Position numbers and translations under genes: made by a program
The notes under the pieces: model-generated
The model's input: the letters and a program-made list of their open reading frames with translations, nothing else
Told to the model about the DNA's origin: nothing
Database searches by the model: none
Assembly (NCBI GenBank): GCA_904063045.1
Contig: CAJFCJ010000006.1
Span: 3,178,408-3,242,407 of the forward strand
DNA length: 64,000 nucleotides
DNA from: Dimorphilus gyrociliatus
Lineage: Eukaryota > Animalia > Annelida
Direction: 5' to 3'
Part shown: positions 63,001 through 64,000 of the stretch, piece after piece
Numbering within the stretch: the first letter of the stretch is position 1
Layout: each line of letters opens with the position of its first letter

Positions 63001-64000
63001 CCAACATGGCATGGCCATCGGAAACAGTACACAAATATTTTTGAGTACAATGTTTGACATCTAAAAGCCATTCGGCAAAGCTATGGTGAAATAGTATCTT
63101 GGTTCCCCCTTCACCATCCGATAATAATTTGCACAACAGTTGTAAATTGCTACTGAATTCTTTGGCGGTTAATTGGATATTCCTCGTACACACGCACCTA
63201 TATAATTCAATTTCCGTTAAAGGGCTTCTGGCAGCTAGCAAGACATTCAATATCGGTTCGACAGCATGGAATTGTTTTTTGGCGAACAAACGTTGGCAAA
63301 GCCAAGAGTACCATCCGTTTAACGTACCGGGAATTTCTTTGATTTCCCGCAACATAATAAAGTTGTTCGCCACACCGTCCAATACTTTTTCCAGATATAG
63401 AAAGCAACCATTAGATTTTATGTGCAATTGATTAAGATTCTCTGCTGTTTCCCTGCTTAGATGATGCCTCAGCTGTTCTTCATCGTCCAGTCTGCATAAT
63501 ATATATTGTTGAACGTCCTTAACAACGTGAGCTTTTCTTAAATCGTCCAAACAGATTTTTCGAAACCCAGTAAACAATTTCGTAATAGTTCTACTCTGTT
63601 TTCGGGCGGAGCACACCAAAAATAACCAGTCAGGCAGCTGATGAGCATGTTTGGCTATTAGTTCCGCTATCGTCTTACTATTTTCACTTGCTTCGCAGGG
63701 TAAAGTCTGTAAGAAGGACTCGTCAATGGAGTCGATTAATAATAGAAGGGGCCGGCCCGGGTGAGGAAGATTATTCAACGGTTGTATAAAAGCTGTCTGG
63801 AAGGCTTGATCAGGATTCTTTTCTATATCCACATTTTCTAGGAGAAGGTCTGGAAAAGACGGCAAGAGAGGACAGGAAGAAACCTGTTTGACCAAGCATC
63901 CTATGAAATACGACAAGCTGAGCGTGTGGATATCATGAGCTTGGCAAAAATAGTGCGCTATCAATCTCTTATTCAGAGACCTTTGTTTGCCACTAGTGGT
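60058..64000 (-). CDS. ANKRD50: Ankyrin repeat domain-containing protein 50 (NTPase-like + ankyrin repeats); 5' end beyond the window
   Basis: FTGFRKICLDDLRKAHVVKDVQQYILCRLD, LNQLHIKSNGCFLYLEKVLDGV and FHHSFAEWLLDVKHCTQKYLC closely match ANKRD50, followed by a long ankyrin array over three exons joined by GT-AG introns; stop at 60058. Confidence 0.93.

Noticed and set aside
24084-64000. Functional linkage between the L1 FIGQY ankyrin-binding motif and the neighbouring ankyrin-repeat gene
   Set aside because: ANKRD50 is not a spectrin-binding ankyrin, so the proximity is uninformative.
1-64000. tRNA, rRNA, conserved miRNA, CRISPR or retroelement sequences
   Set aside because: By eye I found no T-loop GGTTCGA context, rRNA cores, remembered mature miRNA matches, repeat-spacer arrays or RT/transposase ORFs. 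Divergent ncRNAs could have been missed.

Overview
This is AT-rich, gene-dense animal genomic DNA with very short (about 50-95 nt) GT-AG introns. The gene content (a spiralian-type TALE homeobox gene, Wnt11, an L1-family CAM) and the compaction suggest a compact-genome spiralian; the annelid Dimorphilus gyrociliatus is my best guess and is inference only. I reconstructed spliced genes by hand from splice signals and frame continuity. Left to right: TRMT112 (partial, -), PET117 (+), a double-homeodomain TALE gene (+), DELE1 (-), CLC-7-like (+), Wnt11 (-), a transglutaminase-like gene with a broken catalytic triad (-), an intronless IQCM-like ORF carrying an inserted VWA domain (+), a divergent L1/neuroglian CAM (-), about 14 kb without recognisable coding sequence, an intronless GT61-like glycosyltransferase (+), FBXL16 (-), an orphan RVxF-motif ORF (-) and ANKRD50 (partial, -). 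I found no tRNA, rRNA, CRISPR array or intact transposon. The most interesting observations are: (1) the IQCM-VWA nested fusion; (2) the two-homeodomain TALE gene with repeated Trp-motif micro-exons; (3) the pseudo-transglutaminase; (4) the remodelled L1 gene (novel N-terminus, Cys-less Ig1, fibronectin-position RGD, micro-exon stalk, 3.2-kb exon); (5) CTCF-like motifs at gene boundaries. All family assignments come from remembered sequence motifs; no database search was run.
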